A DNA stretch of 64,000 nt from Eledone cirrhosa. Taxonomy: Eukaryota. The translations under genes and the position numbers were made by a program. Positions 41,300 through 55,210 of the stretch are shown in pieces (the stretch's first letter is position 1; every line of letters starts with the position of its first letter). The stretch covers positions 221,340,001 to 221,404,000 of the forward strand of contig OZ024743.1 in assembly GCA_964016885.1 (NCBI GenBank), written 5' to 3'. A model generated the notes under the pieces. The model ran no database searches and was not told the origin of the DNA. It saw nothing but the letters and a program-made list of their open reading frames with translations.

Positions 41300-41720
41300 A
41301 GCAATCAAAAGCCTGTCTTCGTCCATCTCTATTATTAAGTCGTCTATCACCTCGTAAAGATCATCACCAGAATTCTTTATGTAAATTCTTAGAGAGTGGT
41401 TGTTTTTAACGTCTAGTATTTTGATTACTGTTGTTTGTTGTTTTCTTATACACTTCAGTTGATGTTTTTTTAAAAAGATGTATCATTAAATGTCTTCTGA
41501 AAATGGTCAGTGACCATCCTGGGGCTGCCTTAAAGAGATATAGCCCATTATATCGACCCCTATACTGACTGTTTTGGAGCCTCGTACTAATTTCATCAAT
41601 CCCTTTTAAGTGAACGATTTCTAAAATTGTAAGTTGCGAAATGAAGGAGATTTGATCATTCTTTCCAACATGATGAAAAACCACGTGACATTGAATATGA
41701 TGTGATTCAACCATAGGATT
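41300..41720 (-). pseudogene. Old PLE reverse transcriptase remnant
   Basis: FNVT..., GRYNGL (compare YRDDGL), IHLFKK, ILDVK (compare FLDVT), in the same order as 24735-25000. Confidence 0.4.
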
Positions 41721-42606
41721 TTATTTGGTATAGAGAGTAAAACTCCCGACTAGGCTAACCCGATGCCCTCCTACTAGACATATGGATGCATATTAGTGAA
41801 ATGGTTCGTGCATCAACGAGAAATATTTTCCTTAATCAACCCAAAGCAAGAAATTTACAACTTTGCAGGTTTTACTGGCATTCTACGGCGTTATACCGAC
41901 TAGATATCTTGAGAGTTTTTTTCTTATTATCGTGGTAAAATAAAGGACCAGTCACGCACTGGGGTCAATTTAATCGACCTTAACCCGCCACACACACACA
42001 CACTCACACTAAAATCGTTGGCCTTGCGCCTAAATCTGATACCCTTTTTATTATTATTATCATCATCATTATCATAAGAGGTCTAGTTCTATCATTGGTG
42101 ACCCCAATCCCGCTTTCTACAATCGAAGTTAACTGAAGAAGAACCTTCACCTACAAGCAAACGTACTCACACACGCGCACACGAAACGAACCTCCGTCGG
42201 TTTAGACGATGTGTTTCAGTTGATCGGTCAACGGAACAGACTACTCGTGAAATTAACGTATAAGTGATTGGGTATTTGACGAACATGTGTGCCCTTAACG
42301 TAATTCTCAGGGAGAATTATCAGTGTTTAACAAAACTGGCCCTTCGAATTAGAAGTAGAGTGCTTTTGACGGGGTTCCAAATAATTTCTGTCTACGCAAT
42401 TTCATTCAGAAAGATTCTGTCGAGCCGGGGCTATAACAAATGTCACTTGTATGTTGCAGTTCAGCGGTATAAAAATGACGGTTTAAAGTTGTGAAGCGAG
42501 CTTCTTAAACGTTCTACTATGTTCTGTCTACATACATACATAAACGCACACGCTCATACATACACATACATACATACACACATACATACACACATATACA
42601 TACACA

Positions 42607-42671
<65 letters not shown>

Positions 42672-42904
42672 ACATATAAACATAAATATACACATGCACA
42701 TATAAACATAAATATACACACATACACACACACACATACACATACACGAACAAAAAAACAAACACGCAAGCATATATCTATGTTAGAGAATTTTATAGAA
42801 ACAGTAAAGTGAGATATAGCACCATACTTTCACACACATATAGTGCGTATGTATGTGTATGCCTGTGTATATTTGGAGTTATGTTTGTGCGTATGTGTGT
42901 GATT

Positions 42905-42970
<66 letters not shown>

Positions 42971-43264
42971 GTGTGTATGTGTGTGTTAGATTATTATTCG
43001 TTCGATTCAGTGATCTGCTGAAATCTATTGGCGTATTTCTATTGAACAGACGTTGAAACAATCGGTGTACACATGAAAGGATCTAGTCTGAAGTGTTGGC
43101 GAATATATTGACATGTTGAAGCTGATACTAAATATCAAATGTACTAACATATACACTAAAGACATAGTAAGAAACGTAAAGGCAGGAAATTCCTTTAGTG
43201 TCCAGTACGTCTTCATGTCTACGGCCGTTAAGATGAGACCTAAAGGGTATGACATTACAAGAGC

Positions 43265-43325
<61 letters not shown>

Positions 43326-43336
43326 TATATATATAA

Positions 43337-43388
<52 letters not shown>

Positions 43389-43637
43389 GTGTATATACAG
43401 GTATGCATATATATATGTGTGTGTGTAGATATATATATATGTGTGTGTGTGTGTGTTTGTCTGTATATATATATATATGTATCCATATATAATCCCATTG
43501 CAGAAACTAATTAGTTGGAGTGAAAATTTAAGTAAGAAAAAAATTTTTTTTAAATTTTTTTTAAAAGAATATTGTCTTATTTTACGTCCTTTATATATAT
43601 ATATGTATGTAGATATATATATATATGTGTGTGTGTA

Positions 43638-43725
<88 letters not shown>

Positions 43726-43728
<3 letters not shown>

Positions 43729-44170
43729 GCTGCCAACTCGTTTTTGAGTACGGCCACTACTTTATATCCATGTAGGAGAACCCCTACCGATGCGCTGAAC
43801 GAGTGTGACGTTTTAGTCCAGCCAGCGACTTGAAAACTCTGGTACAAACACTACACTTGTGACAATTATTGACACATATTGCTGGGCCCATTGTACCCTA
43901 TGACGACAAGTGCAGAGAGATCTCCAGATATAAAGCAATGCCTGTGCTGTGAAGCTTTTATAGTGAGCAAAGGCCTTGCACAAAGCCAGTCCCACTCTCT
44001 TAACCAAGATGATATTTACCAAAAAGAAGAACAAGTCAACATCATTGGATGCCATCAGGGTTGCAGGTGTTATATCAGAGTTTTCCTTCTCCTAGAATTC
44101 TCCAGGACTAAAAACAAAGGGCAAAGGAGCTCTTAAGAGTCAATGGCCATCCAGAATCACCGGGAGAGAT
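43726..44170 (-). mobile_element. Copy of the ~600-bp RTE derivative with an inverted 5' part
   Basis: 43726-44100 is minus strand; 44103-44170 matches the upstream part of the unit on the plus strand. Confidence 0.85.
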
Positions 44171-44223
44171 GATGTATATATATATACATACATACATACA
44201 CACACACATACACACACACACAA

Positions 44224-44277
<54 letters not shown>

Positions 44278-44281
<4 letters not shown>

Positions 44282-44768
44282 CAGTGTCTGTCCTTAGGGC
44301 ATCAACATACGTTACCCTTGGTCTTCCTCTTCTAGTGTGTCCATGTAGGGGCTGCCAAAGGAGCACTGAGTGCAATGTCAACTCTGGATGTCGGTGACCA
44401 TGTCCAGCTAAACTCAGTCTCCTCTGTGTCACTTTTGAGCTGACTTTTGGGATGCTCCCATACAGCTCTGAGTTTTTCATCCTCAGTGTATACTGATCAA
44501 TGTTCAGAGACATCCTCAGCATTCTCGTGTAGCACCCATCCACCATCTGAGTGAGTTTCTTGGTCAGTGTCCAAGTCTCAGACCCATACAGCAGCACAGA
44601 CTCCACTACAGCAATGAAGAGGCGGATTTTCAGGTCTCTACGAAGGTCCGACTTCCACACCGATCTCAGACACTGGTCTGTTGGAGACGCAGGACATGGC
44701 ACCGATAATGAGGGACAGAGACCGCTGGAGAGAACTCGTCCATGGATCTCGGGAATTTTACCCGCCTT

Positions 44769-44770
<2 letters not shown>
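44278..44770 (+). mobile_element. RTE LINE 3' fragment with 5' inversion
   Basis: Minus strand 44666-44278: VESVLLYGSETW...YTRMLR...RRLSLAGH...RGRPRVTYVDALRTDTGL. Plus strand 44667-44770 continues DTGLLETQDMAPIMRDRDRWRELV. Confidence 0.85.
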
Positions 44771-44820
<50 letters not shown>

Positions 44821-44984
44821 GAATAGCTAGATAGATATATGGATATGTATAGCATTAAATAAATTACGTAAAATGTGTTATACATGCTACATCTATATGT
44901 ACATAAGTGTGGTGGTGCTCCCATATGTGTTTGCATATGTATTGATATAGATGTGGATAAAAGATATGGATCTATGTGTGCATA

Positions 44985-45016
<32 letters not shown>

Positions 45017-45131
45017 TGCATGTGTGTGTGAGTAGGTCTTCTGTATATATGCATGTGTATGTTTATGTATATTGCTGATGCTACACATTGATTTTCGATG
45101 GTTATACACGCATACACACACACACATACAT

Positions 45132-45194
<63 letters not shown>

Positions 45195-45230
45195 TATACA
45201 TATATATAATATATATGTATATATATATAC

Positions 45231-45280
<50 letters not shown>

Positions 45281-45287
45281 TTGTGTG

Positions 45288-45324
<37 letters not shown>

Positions 45325-45765
45325 CATGTGTGTGTGTATGCATGTATGTATTTGTCGCTAAAAAAAACATAACGCCATGCTAAGCATACGAGATATGTTA
45401 TATGTTATATCAGCAAGGTTTGTGCATTGATTTCTAAATGTGTAGTAATGTGTAGTAATCAGTTTAACAAGGTTATTTTATAGCTCCCACATCACACATA
45501 AATCTCACTTTAACTACTCGCTTTACATCTAGAATCTCTTCTATAAAAATACACATCATCGCTTCTATTTCTATACTCTCACCTGCTCCCTTACTCCCCC
45601 ACCTTTTTCTCTTTGCGCTCTTCTATTCTCCTCCACCTTTCACTCATGAGTTCTCCTCCGTCATTTCTCTCTGGTGTATTTTTTCTGTAGCTCCAGTTTT
45701 CTATATTTTCCAACTCTCTCTCTATATATATATCTTTCTCTGCTTCTCTGCGATTTACACTTTCC

Positions 45766-45863
<98 letters not shown>

Positions 45864-46199
45864 TATCTATCGATCTATCTATCCATCTATCTATCAATAT
45901 ATCTCTCTGTGTGTATAATTTTGATATCTTTGATAGGTTTCGAGAAGTATTGGCCCAGGCCTTGTCTAACTTAATAGCACCACCTGGCAAAGTCTTTAAA
46001 ATCATTATTTGGACACTCTAGCGCACTCAAGTAGAGTGTTATTATTTTCGGAGGTATATCCGGGTGTAGGGGGTTTATCCAGAATTTTTTTGAGGAATTT
46101 TTCCAAAGTCTTTATGAATTTTGTACGATCTGTTTCTGTTTCTCTGTGTTTTGGTGTCATGTTAAAGAGAGCGGGACTAGTTCAGATGAAATAATTGCG

Positions 46200-46840
46200 T
46201 CGTAATGTTATTATGAGGTGCGAGTTTCATTTCTGTCGTAGGCGGAGAGCGCGGGGCCCAAGAATTAGGTGTATTTTAAGGATAATGCTAAAATCATTTG
46301 AGCGATGCTGTTAAAATATTTTACACATCATGCAAATATTGTATTGCTCACGGCGGCGTTGGAGATTGTAGACTTTGAACTTTTCTAGTCTATCAATAGT
46401 CAAGGCCTGTCATACCGTCAATTTTTTATATGATTGACCTTTGAGGTGCTTCAATATTCATAATATTTTCGTGTGAAGAGACCTCGATAGACAACACTAT
46501 TCAAGATGTGGCTGGAAAAAAGTAGAGAGGCGAAAGGTAATGTTATGGATACATACTGAAAAGTTCTGAGAATCCAGGAATGCATCCAGTGGGCCTTGTC
46601 AGCTTAGATTGTTATCAACAATTGTTCCCAGGTCTCTGGGATGCCATGAGGGTTGCACCCGAGGTAAAGGAATATGATAGTTTTATTGCACCTTCTTTTT
46701 CAATGTGGATTAGTTCAAATGTATCCGCATTCAGTAGCATACGTCTATTTTTTTTTTTTTTTTTTTTTTTTTTCGTTTTTTCTTTGTACGTTGGATAACA
46801 GCAAGTAGAACTTATTGGAGGCATGCCCGGTTTCATACTC
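46200..46840 (-). pseudogene. Possible old Naiad-type PLE remnant
   Basis: AIKLSYSF...SVVYR...IEA, in the same order as the motifs at 25800-26360; highly degenerate. Confidence 0.35.
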
Positions 46841-47035
46841 CATTGATGACCTTCTGGGGCTTGGAATCATCGGACACCACTACTGAATTTGGCTGAACTT
46901 GATAGTACTCCTTCATCGAAACTTCGAAGTCACAGCCAATTATTTTCTTTCGGAAATAAAACTCCTCAGATATACAGAGTTGATGTTTGACTGTTCCGTG
47001 TACATATATGTATATGTATGTATATATCTATTGAT

Positions 47036-47106
<71 letters not shown>

Positions 47107-47325
47107 CGTGTGTTGTGTATATATATATATATATATATAGGCGTGTGTGTGTATGTATGTATATATTTATATGAATAATGCATGTGTATGTATATATATA
47201 TGTATGCGTATGAATGTTTTTGTGTGTGTTTATATATGTATGTGTGTTTATGTTTTGAGTGATTTGGACTTCATCTCTCTATTGCACCATAAATATGTAT
47301 AACTACAAAAACTGAAAGACTTTAC

Positions 47326-47465
47326 GATATAGAAATCTAGATAGATAAGTAGAGATGTTGAGAGACAGTTTGTGATATAGAAATAGAGATAGATAAGTAG
47401 AGATGTTGAGAGACAGTTTGTGATATAGAAATAGAGATAAATAGCTGGAAATGTTCAGAGAGACT
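47326..47465. repeat. 48-bp tandem repeat, about 3 units
   Basis: GATATAGAAATAGAGATAGATAAGTAGAGATGTTGAGAGACAGTTTGT repeated. Confidence 0.85.
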
Positions 47466-47830
47466 AACAGAGAATGCAACATCAAAGAGGTTAAAATGAA
47501 GTTATGGATATTAACACAGTATTTAAAGTATATTTAAGTTGTTGATATTCCTGGTGGTGTTGTTGTTGTTGATGATGATGATGATGATGATGGTAATGGT
47601 TAAAGTGATAGCTTTTATAAAAAGATTTACACTGACATATAATATATATATTATATATATATGTGTGTGTGTGTAGATATATATATGTATGTCTGTGTAT
47701 ATATATATACAGAGGGAGAAAGAGAGATAGTGAGTGAGAGAGACAGATAAATGAAGAGAGTCATAGAGAACGTGAAATAGATAGATAAATAGATAGACAA
47801 ACAGAAAGACAAGCAGACATAGATAGATAG

Positions 47831-48395
47831 ATTTCTTTATTAGCCACAAGGGCGCAACAAGAAAGGGGACAATACAAAGACATGCCGGGGATTTTACATA
47901 CAGTCGTGTAAAAAATATAAAAACAAACAATTTCAACAATCGAAATCCCCAATAGGGGGGAGGCGCCACAAATGGGTTGTTTAATACCCCGTCCATAGAA
48001 CAACCCTCAACTCAAGGAGCGTGTTGTGCAAGTGATCCTTTCTTCCTTTTGCTCTCTTCCTCAACCTACAGGCTTATAAACAGAGAAGGCCCAATCACTC
48101 GGGCCATTTTCGCTTCATTCACCCACCTTTCAGTAAATTTACTGGGGTGCAGTGCCTCTCTCTCCACCCTGATTCTCCTTCTAAAGTGATACTTAAAGAA
48201 TGGAATCAATTGTTGTCCGGAGAGAAAGGCATCTGTCCTCAGTCCTCTCAACCTCGTCCACCATATAACTTCTTTCACCATAGCCACCGTACAGAGGAAA
48301 ACCGCCTCTCTTTCGTTTTTGAAAGAGTCTGGCGGTTTGATCCTTACTATGGACTCGGCAGTCAACTGTATTTGTCCCATACGCGACAGCAGTTG
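47831..48395 (-). mobile_element. 5'-truncated Tx1-like LINE (sister family) with 16-bp TSD
   Basis: ORF 48066-48401 aligns by eye with the ORF2 C-terminus at 16502-16830; TSD AGACATAGATAGATAG at 47815-47830 and 48396-48411. Confidence 0.88.
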
Positions 48396-48621
48396 AGACA
48401 TAGATAGATAGTTTGATTATTTGATAAAAAGATCGCCCTGAGAAAATGCAAAACAGGGATAAATAGTCAACTGCGTAACAGACTTGAATAATATCTACGT
48501 ATATATATATATATATATAACGAAGCAAGTGTGGTAAGGAACCAGATGGACCATAACGCACTGAGTCCAGAAATAGCCGTCGAAACGGCTTGAGCTCTGC
48601 CGTCGGGGTTAAACATTTTCC

Positions 48622-48671
<50 letters not shown>

Positions 48672-48701
48672 GTATGTATATATATATATATGTATGTATA
48701 T

Positions 48702-48979
<278 letters not shown>

Positions 48980-48989
48980 CGAGAGAGAG

Positions 48990-49087
48990 AGGGTGTCAGA
49001 AAACAAATACACACTTTGATTACTTGTACAGGCAATATTTATTAGAATCCTGATGAAGTGTGTATACATCTTTTGGGGACACCTGTA
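48990..49087. mobile_element. ~100-bp Tc1/mariner-type MITE
   Basis: Imperfect TIRs AGGGTGTC..TACACACTT / AAGTGTGTA..GACACCTG-TA. Confidence 0.65.
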
Positions 49088-49095
49088 TATATGTG

Positions 49096-49170
<75 letters not shown>

Positions 49171-49195
49171 TTTCAATTACAGCTACATATAAAGC

Positions 49196-49227
<32 letters not shown>

Positions 49228-49636
49228 GCTTCAATTACAGTCAGTTACTATACGTACAATAGCTTATGAAAATCGGGTAGAGACGAAGACAAGTTTTGAC
49301 AGCGGCCGCTACGAACACTCTAACTCGATATGTCCCAGATAACGGCTACATACTCTCATAATTGTGCTAAGGGACCTCTGACAATATCTTACTATCCAAA
49401 TTTAGGAGGTGAAACAAACCGCTTTTGAAAATATAAAAAAACGTTGTGTGTCAAGCTCGAAGTCGTGGTTCTACATTTCCATACCTCAATTTATTAAATA
49501 ACAGTCATTTATGTCATTTCAGAGACGACATATATGAAAGTATGAAACGTTAAGACTCTTTTCCTATTATTTCAAGCGTCAACCTAATATATTCCTTCAT
49601 TGAACTGTCCTTTGCTTTGTTATATCTGATTACTTT

Positions 49637-49678
<42 letters not shown>

Positions 49679-49728
49679 AAGTAATTAAGTACAAATATTT
49701 AAAATTTGGCTTCGTTTATTAAAGATGT

Positions 49729-49785
49729 ACTGCTATATATATATTTCGGTGACAGCCATTATTGTGTGTGACCTCTTCAGGCAGT
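49729..49785 (-). ncRNA. Type I hammerhead ribozyme (intact core)
   Basis: ACTGC-CTGAAGA-GGTCACA...TGTCACC-GAAA-TATATATA-TA-GCAGT, with AATAAA shortly downstream. Confidence 0.8.
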
Positions 49786-50000
49786 CCGAATTGGTGTGGT
49801 AGAGACAGGTACACATGTTGTTAAAGTGTTTTACTCCGCCAATACTCCGATATGTCCACCTTCTGGTTGGGTTGTTATTTCTCTGAGGAAGTGGAATCAT
49901 ATTTTACATTGCTACGGAGTAACCAAACCAACCTGCGTACTTCGTCGAGTGCTCCAATCTGCATATTGAGGTGTCGGTAAACAACGAACATATACTTAAA

Positions 50001-50960
<960 letters not shown>

Positions 50961-51142
50961 ATATATATATATATTGTTAGACTACATATATATGTATTTA
51001 TATCTGTATTTTTTACTGTTGGTTAGTCAGTGATAAACATTGAGGGCCAAATGAATTAACTATGGAGATATAAAAGACACAGAAGCGAAAACCAACCAGA
51101 CAGTGAGTGTGTTTTTACAACAATATGACCCTCCCCAAATAT

Positions 51143-51184
<42 letters not shown>

Positions 51185-51406
51185 TTTCCTATTACCCACT
51201 CTACTACCCAAAGTATTGAGTACTCTGGTACGTTATGGTCCACCGGGTTCCTTACCACACTTCCTTCGTTATATATATATATATATATATATATGGATGT
51301 ATGCATTCATATTTTCTTTATTGGGACCAAGTTTGAGACTTGTTACTCTAGATTTATTCCTAGAGTCTAGAATTATTCCTGTGTACTCGCAGGTTCATTA
51401 AACAAG

Positions 51407-51471
51407 AGTCTTGTCTGAAGAGCCTGTGAGTACACATGAGTACACAGGAGTAACTCCACACTAACAAGACT
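51407..51471 (+). ncRNA. Degenerate hammerhead motif
   Basis: Stem I AGTCTTGT/ACAAGACT, CTGAAGA, stem II CCTGTG/CACAGG; GAAA is mutated to GTAA and stem III is unpaired. Confidence 0.55.
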
Positions 51472-52315
51472 AAACGTTTTCTTAGTAAAAATAATTGTTT
51501 CTACTTTTGGCACAAGGCCAGCAATTATCCAGTACATTACTGGTACTTTATTTTATCGACCTCGTAAGGATGAAAGGCAAAGTTAACCTCGGCGGGATTT
51601 GAACTCAGATCGTAAAGGGACGTAACTATGCTAGAAAGCATGTCCGACCCTCTACCGATACTGAAAAATAATATTAATATTTTCTATGGTGCTTAGTATT
51701 CATTCTGGGAACTGTCAATGCTAAGCGTATATGTGTGTGCGAGTGTTTGCATGGAAGTCTGCCTATAAGTGTGTGTGTGTGTGTATGTGTGTATGTGTAA
51801 CAGTTTGACTCTCATAATAACTATAATACATAATAACAACATATCGCATAAATACCATTCTGCATTACCTAATGTCAAGGTATCTGCGATATTACGACAC
51901 CTATCACCATTACTATTACCACCATCATAATCACCATCACTGCTAACATCAGTATCTTCATCAACAACTGAAATATATAAATACTTTAAATACTATTTTA
52001 ATATCTATTACTTCATTTTAAAAACGTTATCGCATGTCGTACTCCTCGTTACTCTCCACCAGTACGTATGTATGTATGTGTGTGTATATATATATATATA
52101 TAGATATATTAGTAAAGGTCGGGGCCCGACGGCTGAGCTCCTACTGTTTCGGCAGCTAATTCTAGAGGGTCAGGAATTAGGTACCTGTCGAAACGGCAAG
52201 AGCTCAGACGTCGGGCCTCGACTCTTTCTAATATATTCTCACTCTACTATCCCAAGTATCGAGTACCCTGTATAATGATCTTGTTAATTTGAAACTGGTA
52301 GAATTCTGATCTTTA

Positions 52316-52352
<37 letters not shown>

Positions 52353-52361
<9 letters not shown>

Positions 52362-52762
52362 TAAACAAATAATGAATAAACAATTCCTTATATTAAACAA
52401 AAAAAGTTCATTATTTAACGATCGTTTCTAGGATATATATGTGTTATAATTGGTATGCATATTCAACAGATCTATGTACAAAATTATACAAAATTATACA
52501 AATTATCAAGATTAAATATACATACCAAACACATATATACGCCGTCTTCAGAAATAATTATTTCTGAAGACGGCGTATATATGTGTTTGGTATGTATATT
52601 TAATCTTGATAATTTGTATAATTTTGTATAATTTTGTACATAGATCTGTTGAATATGCATACCAATTATAACACATATATATCCTAGAAACGATCGTTAA
52701 ATAATGAACTTTTTTTGTTTAATATAAGGAATTGTTTATTCATTATTTGTTTAATATTTTAT
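52353..52762. repeat. Perfect 410-bp palindrome with no spacer, made of PLE pLTR-like sequence
   Basis: Axis GAAATAA|TTATTTC at 52557/52558; each arm carries ATTATTT-CTGAAGA...GAAA-CGATCG-TT-AAATAAT. Confidence 0.93.
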
Positions 52763-52893
52763 CTTGACTCTGTATACCGTTTATCTTTCACCGAAAGTGG
52801 TTTTTCATTACATCTCTTCTTTCCATGATATCCGGAATACATTGAGTTCTTCATACGGATTGGACACTACCGTAAACTCTTGGTAGATTTATC

Positions 52894-52926
<33 letters not shown>

Positions 52927-52930
<4 letters not shown>

Positions 52931-55008
52931 ATAATAATCATAATAATAATGAAATATTGTGTACAGTGCTCAGGTGCACTACAACTCATCAAAAGTGTAT
53001 GTATAGTACATAGGGTAATGTACAAACGTCAGGAAAATGAACAGTGCATGAGTCATGATTAACACGTGTGCATGTGTATGGAAGGGTACATCAGGTGTAG
53101 TTTTGGCGAATTTCGGGAAGCATGGGTGTTTTAAAGGATGCAGTGCCTCCGCAGTTAACAACTGATATAGGTAGTTTGTTCCATGCTTCAGCAATTCTGA
53201 GCATGAAAAAATGTTTCCGAAAGTCATGGAAGCTGTGCTGTTTTCTGATTTTGTAGGCATGTCCACGTGTGTTAGAAACATGGAGATCAAAAAGGTGCTC
53301 AGGGTTGTTGTTGGCGAGATGGTTAATAACTTTGTGGGTCTTTACCAAGTCCATTGCCAGACGTCGGAGCTTGAATGAATCCATGCCCAGGGAAGCAAGG
53401 CGTTCAGAGTATGGTAGGTGTCTGATGGAGTGTATGCGCTTGGTTGCACGTTTCTGAACAGTTTCCAGGAGGTCAATGTTCTGAGCAAGATAGGGGTTCC
53501 AGACTGATGATGCAAATTCCAAGTGTGGTCGTACCATAGCTGTATACAACTTTAAATAGATGGCTGGAGAGCGGCTAAAAAAAGGTCTTGCTGAGTGATG
53601 CCAAGACACCCTCGGCCTTCTTGACAATCTTAGAGACAAGCTTTGTCCAACGCAAATCGCTGCTGACAGTAATGCCCAGGTCACGTTCACAAGAGGACTT
53701 CTTGATATCAGTGTTGTGGAGGGAGTATGTGGACGTTGGACTTTTCCTCTCAAAATGCATGGTGGTACACTTGTCCACAGCCAGCTTCAGTTGCCAGTCT
53801 GTGATCCATTGCTGCATTGTGTCCAGGTCTGATTGTAGGAAAGAGTTGTAGATTTCAGGATCAGTCCTTTTGATTTCAAGGTACAGCTTGATGTCATCTG
53901 CATATTTCAGTACCGTGGCATTCTTTAAGTTGGCATCTATGTCATTAATATATGCCACAAACAAAAGAGCACCATGAACAGATCCCACTGGTACACCAGA
54001 TGACATCTCATATGGTGAAGAATGCTGTCCTAGAACCGTGACTACCTCTTTTCGGCTGAGAATGAAGGATTTCAACCAGTTAAAAAAATCATCCCTCACA
54101 CCCATTGCAGAGAGTTTTGCCATAAGTCTTTTGTGTGGCACAGAATTAAAAGCCTTAGCGAAGTCAAGGTAAACAACATCCACCCATGAGCCGCTGTCTT
54201 CAAGGAATTCGATAAGCTGATCACAGCAGCTGGAGTTAGAGATAAATCCAAACTGCGAGGGCCGGATGAGGCTGTGAGAGCTCCAGAAGTTCCAAAGTGT
54301 TTCTCTGACACAGGATTACATCAGTTTGGCAATACAGCTAGTAAGACTGACTGGACGATAGTTGACAGGTGACGTGCGGTCACCCTTTTTGAACAGGGGA
54401 ATGACACTGGCAGTTTTCCACTACTCTGGAGTAGCACCATTGTTGAGACAGTATTGAAAGAAGAAAGAAAGCTGGTGCAAAAGGAAGTACCCGCCACCTT
54501 TGAGAAGCAGGTATGTAACACCATCAAGACCAGGGGAGGCATAGTTGAGCTTATTCTTAAGGTGACGTTGCAACATTGCAGGTGTAAATTCCATAGTTGT
54601 TATGGAATTTGATGTTAGAGATGGTGGAGATGGTACATTCTGGTTTTCAACAGTAAAAATACTTGCATAGCACTCAGCAATGAGTTCTGCGCATTCCTTG
54701 GGATCGTCAGTGATCTGGCTCGTGTGGGGATTGCGAAGAGGACCAACTGGAGAGTGAGGTCTCTGCTTTGAATGAACATATTTCCAGAACACCTTACTGT
54801 CAGGATTGGTTGCTATGCACTGTTCAAATTCAAGCACTGCCTTTTTTGTCACTTGCTTGAGATGGTTGGAAGATTTATTCCGCTTTTTTTTGTTGGCATC
54901 TGATTTATGCAGTTTATATTCCCGTTCAGCGTTCCGACGTTCTCTCCTGGCAAGTCGAACCGATGGTTCTGGTTTTTGTTGCTGCCCGCAAGAGCCAGAT
55001 TGTCAATG
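52927..55008 (-). mobile_element. CR1-group LINE, 5'-truncated and frameshifted, with (ATT)n tail
   Basis: FWKYV, SPGLDG, DVVYLDFAKAFNSVPH, SGVPVGSV, KYADD, ERDLGI, VRPHLEFASSVWNP, VQKRATK, TRGH, WNKLP. Confidence 0.92.
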
Positions 55009-55029
55009 ATCATAGCATATATATATATA

Positions 55030-55210
55030 AAAATGTTTGACCCCGACGGCAGAGCTCAAGCCGTTTCGACGGCTATTTCTGGAGTCCAGAAACGGCTTGA
55101 GCTCTGCCGTGGGGGCCAAACATTTTCCTATTACCTACTCTACTACGCTAAGTATTGAGTACTCTGGTACGTTATGGTCCATCTGGTTCCTTACCACACT
55201 TCCTTCGTTA
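55030..55210 (+). mobile_element. Short fold-back element derived from the 3' half of a PLE hammerhead, inserted in (TA)n
   Basis: Inverted arms within 55030-55126 contain GAAA-CGGC...GCCG-TC-GGGGT; related pieces at 4255-4296, 5276-5323, 48519-48622, 51181-51270, 52114-52270 and 57855-57990. Confidence 0.7.
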
